Below, one piece after another: positions 14,647 through 26,471 of a stretch of DNA of 64,000 nucleotides. Source of the DNA: the human T2T-CHM13v2.0 reference genome, Homo sapiens. The notes beneath the pieces are model-generated. The model ran no database searches and was not told the DNA's origin. It saw nothing but the letters and a program-made list of their open reading frames with translations. The stretch lies in assembly GCF_009914755.1 (NCBI RefSeq), contig NC_060942.1, one strand, 5' to 3'. Made by a program: the position numbers and the translations under genes. How positions within the stretch are numbered: position 1 is the stretch's first letter; the number at the start of each line of letters is the position of its first letter.

Positions 14647-14655
14647 CAGGTAAGC
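14647..14655 (+). promoter_or_regulatory. HERV-H major (leader) splice donor
   Basis: CAG|GTAAGC, exon end 14649, about 146 nt downstream of the 5' LTR, the usual position of the HERV-H leader donor. Confidence 0.85.
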
Positions 14656-14924
14656 GGCCTCTTCTTACTCTCTTCTCCAACCTCTCTCACTGTCCCTCAA
14701 CCACTCTCTCCTTTCCACTCTTCAATCTCTCCCTTCTCTTAATTTCAATTCCTTTCATTTTCTGGGAGAGACAAAGGAGACACGTTTTATCCATGGACCC
14801 AAAACTCCGGCGCCGGTCACGGACTGGGAAGGCAGCCTTCCCTTGGTGTTTAATCATTGCAGGGATGACTCTCTGATTATATACCCACATTTCAAGGGTG
14901 TCAGACCACGCAGGGACACCTGCC

Positions 14925-15325
14925 TTGGTCCTTCACTCTTAGCGGCAAGTCCCGCTTTTCTGGGGAAGGGGCAAGTACCTCAACCCCTTCTCTCCTTGTC
15001 TCTACCCCTTCTCTGGTTTCCTGGGGCAGGGGCAAGTACCCCAACCCCTTCTCCTTCACCCTTAGCCACAAGTTCCGCTTTCCTGGGGCAGGGGCAAGTA
15101 CCCCTCAACCCCTTCTCCTTCACCCTTAGCAGCCAAGTCCCGCTTTCCTAGGGGGCAAGAACCCCCCCAATCGCTTATTTCCGCACCCCAACCTCTTATC
15201 TCTGTGCCCCAATCCCTTATTTCCGCACCATGACCTCTTATCTCTGTGCCCCAATCCCTTATTTCCGTGCCCCAACCCCTTCTCTGCTTTTCTGGAGGGC
15301 AAGGACCCCCTACCCCTTCTCCGTG
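14925..15325 (+). repeat. HERV-H leader tandem repeats
   Basis: Several copies of GGGGCAAGTACC(T/C)CAACCCCTTCTC and two of CCTCTTATCTCTGTGCCCCAATCCCTTATTTCCG. Confidence 0.85.
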
Positions 15326-15358
15326 TCTCTACTCTTGTCTGGGCTTGCCTCCTTCACT

Positions 15359-16600
15359 ATGGGCAAGCTTCCACCTTCCATTCCTCCTCCTTCTCCCTTA
15401 GCCTATATTCTTAAGAACTTAAAACCTCTTCAACTCACACCTGACCTAAAACCTAAATGCCTTATTTTCTTCTGCAATGCCGCTTGACCCCAATACAAAC
15501 TCAACAGTAGTTCCAAATAGCCAGAAAATGGCACTTTGAATTTTTCCATCCTGCAAGATCTAAATAATTCTTGTCATAAAATAGGCAAACGGTCTGAGGT
15601 GCCTGACGTCCAGGCATTCTTTTACACATCAGTCCCTTCCTAGTCTCTGTGCCCAGTGCAACTCGTCCCAAATCTTCCTTCTCTCCCTCCCGCCTGTCCC
15701 CTCAGTACCAACCCCAAGCGTCACTGAGTCTTTCTAATCTTCCTTTTCTACAGACCCATCTGACCTCTCCCTTCCTCCCCAGGCTGCTCCTCGCCAGGCC
15801 GAGCTAGGTCCCAATTCTTTCTCAGTCTCCGCTCCTCCACCCTATAATCTTTTTATCACCTCCCCTCCTCACACCTGGTCCGGCTTACAGTTTCGTTCCG
15901 TGACTAGCCCTCCCCCACCTGCCCAGCAATTTACTCTTAAAAAGCCAAAGGCATAGTCAAGGTTAATGCTCCTTTTTCTTTATCCCAAATCAGATAGCGT
16001 TTAGGCTTTTTCATCAAATATAAAAATCCAGCCCCGTTCAAGGCTCGTTTGGCAGCCACCCTGAGACGCTTTACAGCCCTAGACCCTAAAAGGTCAAAAG
16101 GCCGTCTTATTCTCAATATACATTTTATTACCCAATCTGCTCCCGACATTAAATAAAACTCCAAAAATTGGAATCTGGCCCTCAAACCCCACAACAGGAC
16201 TTAATTAACTTCACCTTCAAGGTGTACAATAACAGAAAAAAGTTGCAATTCCTTGCCTCCACTGTGAGACAAACCCCAGCCACATCTCCAGCACACAAGA
16301 ACTTCCAAACGCCTGAACCGCAGCGGCCAGGTGTTCCTCCAGAACCTCCTCCCACAGGAGCTTGCTACACGTGCCGGAAATCTGGCCACTGGGCCAAGGA
16401 ATGCCCGCAGCCCGGGATTCCTCCTAAGCCGCGTCCCATCTGTGTGGGACCCCACTGAAAATCGGACTGTTCAACTCTCCTGGCAGCCACTGCCAGAGCC
16501 CCTGGAACTCTGGCCCAAGGCTCTCTGACTGACTCCTTCCCAGATCTTCTCGGCTTAGCGGCTGAAGACTGACACTGCCCGATCGCCTCGGAAGCCCCCT
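15359..16600 (+). pseudogene. gag: Disrupted HERV-H gag
   Basis: MGKLPPSIPP start region, PPPY late motif 15834-15845, intact CCHC knuckle CYTCRKSGHWAKEC 16363-16404, second knuckle broken (R for C, TGA for W); multiple stops. Confidence 0.9.
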
Positions 16601-16625
16601 AGACCATCACGGACGCCGAGCTTCG

Positions 16626-16900
16626 GTAACTCTCACAGTGGAAGGTAAGCCCGTCCCCTTCTTAATCAATACGGAGGCTACCCACTCCACATTACCTTCT
16701 TTTCAAGGGCCTGTTTCCCTTGCCTCCATAACTGTTGTGGGTATTGACGGCCAGGCTTCTAAACCTCTTAAAACTCCCCAACTGTGGTGCCAACTTAGAC
16801 AACACTCTTTTAAGCACTCCTTTTTAGTTATCCCCACCTGCCCAGTTCCTTTATTAGGCTGAAACACTTTAACTAAATTATCTGCTTCCCTGACTATTCC
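16626..16900 (+). pseudogene. pro: Disrupted HERV-H protease
   Basis: VEGKPVPFLINTEATHSTL (catalytic DTG reads NTE), …PTCPVPLLG* where LLGRD is expected. Confidence 0.88.
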
Positions 16901-16949
16901 TGAACTACAGCTATATCTCATTGCCGCCCTTCTTCCCAATCCAAAGCCT

Positions 16950-18790
16950 CCTTTGCGTCCTCCTCTTGTATCCCCCCACCTTAACCCACAAGTATAAGAT
17001 ACCTCTACTCCCTCCTTGGCGACGGATCATGCACCCCTTACCATCTCATTAAAACCTAATCACCCTTACCCCACTCAATGCCAATATCCCATCCTGCAGC
17101 ACGCTTTAAAAAGATTAAAGCCTGTTATCACTCGCCTGCTACAGCATGGCCTTTCAAAGCCTATAAACTCTCCTTACAATTTCTCCATTTTACCTGTCCT
17201 AAAACCAGACAAGCCTTACAAGTTAGTTCAGGATCTGCGCCTTATCAACCAAATTGTTTTGCCTATCCACCCCATAGTGCCAAACCCATATACTCTCCTA
17301 TCCTCAATACCTGCCTCTATAACCCATTATTCTGTTCTAGATCTCAAACATGCTTTCTTTACTATTTCTTTGCACCCTTCATCCCAGCCTCTCTTCACTT
17401 TCACTTGGACTGACCCTGACACCCATCAAGCTCAGCAAATTACCTAGGCTGTACTGCTGCAAAGCTTCACAGACAGCCCCCATTACTTCAATCAAGCCCA
17501 AATTTCTTCCTCATCTGTTACCTAATTCAGCATAATTCTCATAAAAGCACACGTGCTCTCCCTGCCAATCGTGTCTGACTGATCTCTCAAACCCCAGCAC
17601 CTTCTACAAAACAACAACTCCTTTCCTTCCTAGGCATGGTTAGCATGGTCAGAATTCTTATACAAGAGCCAGGACCACACCCTGTAGCCTTTCTGTCCAA
17701 ACAACTTGACCTTACTGTTTTAGCCTAGCCCTCATGTCTGTGTGCAGTGGCTGCCGCTGCTTTAACACTGTTAGAGGCCCTAAAAATCACAAACTATGCT
17801 CAACTCACTCTCTACATTTCTCATAACTTCCAAAATCTATTTTCTTCCTCATACCTGACGCATATACTTTCTGCTCTCCGGCTCCTTCAGCTGTACTCAC
17901 TCTTTAAGTCCCACAATTACCATTGTTCCTGGCCCGGACTTCAATCTGGCCTCCCACATTATTCCTGATACCACACCTGACCCTCATGACTGTATCTCTC
18001 TGATCCTCCTGATATTCACCCCATTTCCCCATATTTCCTTCTTTCCTGTTCCTCACCCTGATCACACTTGATTTATTGATGGCAGTTCCACCAGGCCTAA
18101 TCGCCACACACCAGCAAAGGCAGGCTATGCTATAGTACAAGCCACTAGCCCGCCTCTCAGAACCTCTCATTTCCTTTCCATCGTGGAAATCTATCCTCAA
18201 GGAAATAACTTCTCAGTGTTCCATCTGCTATTCTACTACTCCTCAGGGATTATTCAGGCCCCCTCCCTTCCCTACACATCAAGCTCGAGGATTTGCCCCC
18301 ACCCAGGACTGGCAAATTAGCTTTACTCAACATGTCCCGAGTCAGGAAACTAAAATACCTCTTAGTCTAAATAGACACTTTCACTGAATAAGTAAAGGCC
18401 TTTCCTACAGGGTCTGAGAAGGCCACCACAGTCATTTCTTCCCTTCTGTCAGACATAATTCCTCAGTTTAGCCTTCCCACCTCTATACAGTCTGATAACA
18501 GACCAGCCTTTATTAGTCAAATCAGCCAAGCAGTTTTTCAGGCTCTTAGCATTCAGTGAAACTTTTATATCCCTTAGGGTCCTCCGTCTTCAAGAAAAGT
18601 AGAATGGACTAAAGGTCTTTTAAAAACACACCTCACCAAGCTCAGCCACCAACTTAAAAAGGACTGGACAATATTTTTACCACTTTCCCTTCTCAGAATT
18701 CAGGCCTGTCCTCGGAATGCTATAGGGTACAGCCCATTTGAGCTCCTGTATAGACGCTCCTTTTTATTAGGCCCCAGTCTCATTCCAGAC
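16950..18790 (+). pseudogene. pol: Disrupted, internally deleted HERV-H pol (RT, RNase H and integrase remnants)
   Basis: RT motifs YKLVQDLRLIN and YSVLDLKHAFFTI; no YxDD seen; RNase H FIDGSS near 18072; integrase-like IQSDNRPAF near 18485; stops and frameshifts. Confidence 0.9.
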
Positions 18791-18799
18791 ACCAGACCA

Positions 18800-19370
18800 A
18801 CTTAGACTGTGCCCCCCAAAAAAACTTGTCATCCCTACTATCTTCTGTCTAGTCATACTCCTATTCACCGTTCTCAACTACTCATACATGCCCTGCTCTT
18901 GTTTACACTGCCTGTTTACACTGTTTCTCCAAGCCATCACAGCTGATATCTCCTGGTGCTATCCCCAAACTGCCACACTTAACTCTTGAAGTAAATAAAT
19001 AATCTTGGCTGGCAGGACTATGCTGAATCTCCTTAGGCACTCTCTAATCAGATGTCTTAGGTCTAAGGACCTTTTATACCTGTTTTTCTCCTTCTCTTAT
19101 TCCATTTAGTTTTTCAATTCATACAAAACCGTATCCAGGCCATCACCAATCATTCTATATGACAAATGTTTCTTCTAACAACCCCACAATACCACCCCTT
19201 ACCACAAGACCTCCCTTCAGCTTAATCTCTCCCACTCTAGGTTCCCACACTGCCCCTAATCCTGCTTGAAGCAGCCCTGAGAAACATCACCCATTCTCTC
19301 TCCATACCACCCCCAAAAATTTTCGCCACCCTAATACTTCAACACTATTTTGTTTTATTTTTCTTATTAA
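18800..19370 (+). pseudogene. env: Short env remnant and 3' untranslated region
   Basis: Only about 0.55 kb between the integrase remnant and the PPT; splice acceptor …cttctgtctag| at 18852; no immunosuppressive-domain motif visible. Confidence 0.7.
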
Positions 19371-19373
19371 TAT

Positions 19374-19386
19374 AAGAAGGCAGGAA
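19374..19386 (+). other. Polypurine tract
   Basis: AAGAAGGCAGGAA immediately before the 3' LTR TG. Confidence 0.9.
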
Positions 19387-19818
19387 TGTCAGGCCTCTGA
19401 GCCCAAGCCAAGCCATCGCATCCCCTGTGACTTGCATGTTTATGCCCAGATGGCCTGAAGTAACTGAAGAATCACAAAAGAAGTGAAAAGGCCCTGCCCC
19501 GCCTTAACTGATGACATTCCACTATTGTGATTTGTTCCTGCCCCACCTTAACTGAGTGATTAACCCTGTGAATTTCCTTCTCCTGGCTCAGAAGCTCCCC
19601 CACTGAGCACCTTGTGACCCCCGCCCCTGCCCACCAGAGAACAACCCCCTTTGACTGTAATTTTCCATTAACTTCCCAAATCCTATAAAACGGCCCCACC
19701 CCTATCTCCCTTCGCTGACTCTTTTCGGACTCATCCGGCCTGCCCCCAGGTGAAATAAACAGCCATGTTGCTCACACAAAGCCTGTTTGGTGGCCTCTTC
19801 ACATGGACGCACATGAAA
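19387..19818 (+). terminator. 3' LTR with proviral poly(A) signal
   Basis: Direct repeat of the 5' LTR (14 substitutions and 2 indels by manual alignment); TATAAAA 19684-19690; AATAAA 19754-19759. Confidence 0.95.
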
Positions 19819-20428
19819 AGTATCTTAAACATAAGTTAGTAAGATGAATCCAGCAATGTATAATAAATTGGTAATATATTAAAACTAATTAGTTTCCTAT
19901 CAAGAATGCAAGATTGTATATTATTAGAACAAATTCACTAATTCAAGATATTATCAAATTATAATAGAGATTACCTCAGTAGGTGCTGAAAAGGATTTAA
20001 TATAACTTGGAATAAATTATTTAAAATAACATATAAACTAAATTTAGAAGAAAGATCCCTTAGACTAAAATAGGTTATCACAAAAAATCCATAACAAATG
20101 TCATAAATTAGTGGTAAAATTGAAATCTTATTTGTTAAAGATCAGGAATAAGTCAATTATATCTCTTATAACTGTGTAATTAAATGATTGAAAAGTAATA
20201 AATCAAACATCTTTATAGATAACATGCTTGTTCATATAAAAAACAAGTTGACTGATAGGTTATTAGAACTCATGAAGAAGGTAGAGCAAAATAAAAATCT
20301 TGTTTTAAAAAAACGTATGTAGTTTTACAGGTAGGTGTGTGTGAAATACAATATTCAGCTGTATGTAATTATAAGGTTTAACAGTTATACAACTATATCC
20401 ATATAAAACTATATATAACCATATACTG

Positions 20429-20799
20429 TGTATTTGTCTGTTCTCACACTGCTAATAAAGACATACCTGAGGAGCAAAGTCACGTAATACAATTTATAAA
20501 GGAAAGCAGTTCAATAGACTCACAATTCCACATGGCTGGGGAAGCCTGACAATCATGGCAGAAGGCAAAGGAGGAGCAAAGTCACGTCTTGTATGGTGGC
20601 AGGCAAGAGAGAGCTTTTATAAATCTGATGATTTATAAAATCATCAGATCTCGTGAGACTTATTCACTAACGGAGAGCAACATGGGAAAGACCCGCCCCC
20701 GTGATTCAGTTACCTCCCACTGGGTCCCTCTCAGGACACATGAAAATTACTACAATTCAAGGTTAGATTTAGGTAGGGACCCAGAGCCAAACCATATTA
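20429..20799 (-). mobile_element. THE1 solo LTR
   Basis: TGTATTTGTCTGTTCTCACACTGCTAATAAAGACATACC … GCCAAACCATATTA, about 370 bp. Confidence 0.9.
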
Positions 20800-20802
20800 T
20801 AC

Positions 20803-21175
20803 AGGATAGTTAATTTATGTGTAAACTTGTTTAGCCCATAGTACACAGATACTTGTTGAAACAGGTCTACATGTTGCTGGGCAGGTATTTTTAGATGAAA
20901 TTAACACATAAGTAGAATATGAGAAAAGTATAGTACCCTCCATAACATGGGTGAGATTCATGCCATCAGTTGAAGGCTTAAGAAAGAGACAGACCTCCCC
21001 TAGGAAGAGGGAAACCTGACAATTAGAGGGCCTTTGGACTCCAGCTGTGACATCCACTCTTCCTTGAGCACGCATCCAGCCTGCTGCCTGGCCTGCAGAT
21101 TTTGAATTTATCAGTCTCCCAAATTCAGTGAGCCTACTACTTACATAATCTCTCTCTGTATATATATTAGACACA
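20803..21175 (+). mobile_element. MLT2 (ERVL) LTR fragment
   Basis: gttaatttatgtgtaaacttg…ccctccataacatgggtg…catcagttgaaggc… typical of MLT2. Confidence 0.7.
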
Positions 21176-21918
21176 CACCTCTTTCCCTTTCTCTAAAAAT
21201 ATGACTTCTAATCAAATTGATGTATAGATCCAATGCAATTCCCATAAAAAATCTTGTGAAAATACATGCACACAAGTGTGAAATGTGTGTGTGATTGCAT
21301 ACAAATTGACAGGAATATTTTTAAATGTATGTAGAAATGCAAATGACTAAGAATAAAACAAGATGAGGTGATTTTTCTGAATCTCTATCAAGAATTAACG
21401 TGTCATTGTTTAAGAATTAAGATAATGGAGTATTAGAACAGGAATAGTCAAATGGATGGAAAAATAAAGAGTCCAAAAGGAACAAAGCACAAATTAAGCT
21501 TTGATTAATGACAAGGCTTGGATTTCAAGTGAGTAGAAAAATACGGCCTATAAAATGAGTGTTATTGGGTCAATTCAGAATCCACATGGAAAAAAAAAAA
21601 TCGAACCAGTGTCAAAATTAATGCCTATTAATGTATATTAAAAATCCATTGCAAAACACATTTTCAAAAGCAATGTGGAAACATATCATTACAACCTTAG
21701 ATAGGATTTCTTAAGTAAAAAAAAAATTGCAATCTGTATGAAAGGACATTAACATAAATTCAACTGCATTAAAATCAAGTGCTTTGGCTCCTGAGGGACC
21801 CAGAAATATTGACTTCTGAACTATTCCTTGTGGTTGTTAACTAAGAAAAATACATTTTACACCTATCAAATAAAAACTTATTTTGTCTTTTATGTGAAGT
21901 CTGTTCCTTCTTCCCTAG

Positions 21919-22037
21919 AGACCTTGAAGATTTGTTGTTCAAGGAGAAACTGAAGAGCAAGAAGGAAAGTGAGAGCCAGCAATACCAGCAGAGCCAGATC
22001 TGAGCTGGGAGAAGGGGAGAAAGTTTGTGAAGAGGAG
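21919..22037 (+). ncRNA. Candidate internal exon (119 nt) of an HERV-H-initiated lncRNA
   Basis: Acceptor ctgttccttcttccctag|, purine-rich GAAGA-containing body, donor GAG|GTAAGA; non-repeat sequence 2.1 kb downstream of the provirus. Confidence 0.65.
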
Positions 22038-22787
22038 GTAAGAAAGTCGTTCTGAAAGATAATGAGTCCTGAAATTAAAAAGAAAGTTTTAGTTACACCC
22101 AGATGCTGTTAAATGGTAGTGAAGGACACTTGGAAAGAGCAAGTTTAAAGAATGTGATTATAGAAAAATAAAGAGAGGTGCCCTGCTAGTGCTTGGAGTC
22201 CTGCTCCATTTAATAATTGGTTACATATATTGACAAACTGATTCCCGGAGAAAGAACTTTCTGTACGTTAGAAGGGGTATCATAATCACACATGATGTAA
22301 AGCGGACCTCTAAGTTCAATGGCTCATCAGTCAACCATAGGTATGTTTGTTAATCAGCACAGGAATCTACTCTTTTAAACACATATTGAATGCGATGTAT
22401 TAGGAGATTTAGGGATTATATAAATAAAATATTTATACCTTCAGGATTAAGGAGATTCATTCTTTCTCAGATCTCTCTGCTTTTTATGTTCTCACACTTG
22501 TAGAGTTTATTACTGCTTTATAGCAATACAACTTTATCCTAAAATCTTCCCCAATTTGACTCCTTTTGTGTAATCCCCCAGAAGCATCATTGGATCCTAG
22601 GTGAGGCACCAGGTTGGAGGTATGGAATGGAAGGATGCCTGGGCCTCACCTATTCTGATTGGTTAAATGGGGAGCCTTCCCTTAGAGAATTTAACAAAAG
22701 TCAATTGGACATTAGCCAAACGGACAAGAACAGGTGGACTGAACACAAAAGGGAATTCTATAAACACATTTACAAGATTAGGAAGTA

Positions 22788-22937
22788 TTTTTTGTCTTGT
22801 TTTAAGAGATCTACTGCTATATTGCACAGGCTGGCCTGCCTCAGCAACATAGTAACGCATCTACTGGCTCAAGCAATCTTCCCACCTCAGGTCTCAAGTA
22901 GCTGGGACTACAGGAATGCGCCTCCGTGCCCGGCTAA
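22788..22937 (-). mobile_element. FLAM/Alu monomer, degraded and internally rearranged
   Basis: …gctcaagcaatcttcccacctcagg…gtagctgggactacagg…cccggctaa. Confidence 0.8.
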
Positions 22938-23764
22938 GGTTTCGAGTTTTGCTACTATATTTTGTCATTCTTGTATCTAATTACAAGAAATTTATTAGTA
23001 AATATAGGTAAATATTATTAGGAACACTAATACCATTCCGATGTTCATCACGTGTTTCTCTGTATAGCACTAACTAAGCAGCAGGGGGAAAAATGCATTA
23101 ATCGCTGCTTTGTATGTCACGCTTGAATATTATAAAAATCTTTGTTAAAAAGAAAAATACATGCCTCCAATATCCCAGAGGGCTTAACGGGTTTATGGCT
23201 TACTTCCTAGTTTGAGAAATGTTGGCCTGAAAAACTAAATTATTATTCTTTCAAAATGTGTTTCCACAGGAAGTTACCATTAAAAATGAAAAAAAAAATC
23301 TGTATAATGTAATACTTTATTTTGTATCAAAGAACAAATTTTAAAACATCCTCAAAGACCTTGTGAACTATTTATAAATCTTCATGAACCTTTGTGAAAA
23401 CTAGTTTGCCTTATTCTCCATTTAAAAATTTCAGTTAGTAGTGTTAGATATCCAATGTCCCCTTAGTGACCTAGAACTGTAATGAGCATGACAGACCGAT
23501 TCCAGACAATTCAGACCTACTTTCCTATTTCACAGGTGGGTATTTCAGCCTATATAACAGCTCCATTTTAAATTAAACGATATAGATATATTTTTGGTAG
23601 TAAGTGAAAGGCTCAATTTTAATTCACCGAATAGTCTCCTTAATGACATCTAATTAGGACATCTGTTAAGGGTACATGATCTTACATTCTTCATTTGGTT
23701 TTCCCCATTAAATTAGCTCTACTATTTTTTCACTCTTTTATTAGAAGCTTACTAATGGGGCTAC

Positions 23765-23767
<3 letters not shown>

Positions 23768-23810
<43 letters not shown>
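23768..23810. repeat. (TG)n microsatellite, about 21 units
   Basis: Uninterrupted TG run. Confidence 0.97.
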
Positions 23811-23813
<3 letters not shown>

Positions 23814-24613
23814 CTCTAAGAAACTTTTATAATACTAGAATATGCTTCCTGATTAGGTTGAACAGTCATTCTTTTTCATGTTAATAATTGGATTGACCTT
23901 ATTAAGAATTTAGAATCTCCTGTTCCCCTTTCTCAGAAAAATCTCTAAATTGGAGGACCTCCACAGAAGTTCCATCATTAGCTAGATATATCAGCTGACA
24001 GTGATTCAGTGATCAAAGTGATGATGTGATAAAGATGCAAATATTTGATGGTTTTTTTCCCCAAGAATTCTGCTTTGCATCAATATTACAGTGATGTGGC
24101 TTTGAAATATATTCTTAAGAAATTAATTATCCCTGTAGATATTATACATGTTTTACTTCTGATAGTTGTTTTCTATAATCTGGCAAATTATTATAAAATA
24201 GAAGATTTCCAGTTGAAGCTCTGTATTTTTTAATCACATAAAAATACCATAGGAATATTTTCATTTCTAAATATATACCTAACTCCAATGTCTATCTGCT
24301 TTTCCAGGGAACATTCATTATAAATTTAGCCTTAGTCCAATCTGCATATGTATCTAGTTCTCCCAACTAATTTTATAGGTCTTCAGAATTATTCCATTTA
24401 TTAACTACTCCCTCATGTAAGTGAAGTTTATTAGGCAACAATTTAACTCATTCTGGTCACTGGCTTATCAGTTCTTTGATTTAATAGTATTACACAAATA
24501 TCACATAATCCCATATTATCATCTTTTCTGTAAATCTATAGAACCAAACCAAACAAGACACAAAATCTCAAGAAGAATGATGGGATAAATGCTATTTGCT
24601 AAAATGTCTATGG

Positions 24614-24891
<278 letters not shown>

Positions 24892-25249
24892 AAATGTCTA
24901 TGGAATGCCTTCTTGGTGTGAAATATGAAAAATAAATTCAGGAAACAAATTATAATATCTCAAATAATCAAACCATAGGAAGCACTTAGAAAAAACAGGT
25001 GGGTCACGTTTGAATTACTGATAATATAAAAATGCTCATAACAATCAGGAAGAAATTATTATAATTTCCAAAAAAATGGCTTTGGGCTCAACATAGTAAT
25101 AATTCAATAGCCTTCCTGTTGGTATGCATTTAGAGAAAAGGTTTAAAAATCATGAGAAAATGCAGTGGATATATTTGTTAGCATTAATAGTATTAGTAAT
25201 AATGCTGATTTATACAGCATTGTATTAAACAAATACATATAATTTATTT

Positions 25250-25730
25250 AACAATCCTCCCATTAAAAAGTGGGATCTATTTCTGTTCTCCTTGAATTTG
25301 GTCTTGCCTGTGACTTCTCTGATACTAAGGTAAAATGGAAAGAGTGGTACACCGTTTCTGGATAGCCTTTTCGAAGAGTGGCAGTTCCCATGCTGCTCTC
25401 AAGCCTAGAAATGTCATGTAGAGAATATGACTGCTCTATTAGAGAACCCTCATGAAGCAGCCCAGAAGCCACATGGAGGGAGAGAGATAGCAATCAGGGT
25501 TACCTTTTCCCACCGAGGTAGAGGTAGCAAGCCTGTCGGTGGAATCATCTTGAACAATGTGGCCCTGCCCCCCTGCTATCAGCAGAAAACCATTTAACAC
25601 CAGACTAGAGCAAGGAAATTGCCAAGACCTTCCTCAATTTCTAACCCACAAAATCGTAAGAATACATTCACCACAGTTTTAAGCTCCTAAATTCAGGATG
25701 GTGTGTTAAGTGGCAATAGAAACTAGAACA
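25250..25730 (+). mobile_element. MLT1 (H/I-like) LTR, degraded
   Basis: …ctcccattaaaaagtgggatctatttc…ccttgaatttgg…; ends …gtggcaatagaaactagaaca. Confidence 0.65.
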
Positions 25731-26169
25731 GGATGTTTTATCAATGCGACATTTTGTATTTTAAAATAAGGTGATATATGCTGTTAGTTTTCATCCAAAT
25801 AGCAGATTATGAAAACTTTGCAGTGAAAAAATTAGCTGGCATTTCCATGCAGGCAAACTTTGAGGCACAAATTGTGCAAAACTGGCCCAGAAAACATGGA
25901 ATCCCTCTTCTTAAGTTAATACTGTTACTTAGAATATGACTGAACAAGCACAACAAGATTCAATATAGGGCATATTTTAATATTTATAGTTATATGAAAG
26001 TTTCTCTATGTGCCAGTGATTTATGCTATTTTCTTAATCTTTATAAAAGTTATGTTTATTTTTAACTGAAAATAACAACTGATTAAAATCTTTTTGAGAA
26101 GTGGAAAAATTTCCCTTACCAGTACGTTAATGTAAGAATATGATGATGGCTCTAAAGAAATCAATTATG

Positions 26170-26471
<302 letters not shown>

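Larger units (their letters stand above)
14071..19818 (+). mobile_element. HERV-H provirus (two LTRs, internally deleted ~5.7-kb type)
   Basis: 433- and 432-bp LTR direct repeats, tRNA-His PBS, gag/pro/pol/env remnants, PPT, 5-bp TSD AATAT (14066-14070) / AGTAT (19819-19823). Confidence 0.98.
19824..21790 (+). mobile_element. Old L1M ORF2 remnant (host of the provirus; also continues at about 14020-14070), itself interrupted by THE1 and MLT2 LTRs
   Basis: Joining the provirus flanks gives ctcatgaatataaatgtaaatatcttaaacataagttagtaagatgaatccagcaatg, resembling the L1 RT segment [20 protein letters not shown]; later aaattgatgtatagatccaatgcaattccc is L1 ORF2-like. Confidence 0.7.

Noticed and set aside
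14925-15325. Repeat-spacer-like array in the leader (CRISPR-like appearance)
   Set aside because: These are ordinary HERV-H leader tandem repeats in eukaryotic DNA; no unique spacers or cas genes.
17016-17447. 143-aa RT ORF as a functional polymerase
   Set aside because: Non-ATG start, stops before the catalytic region, no YxDD motif; protease also lacks the catalytic Asp.
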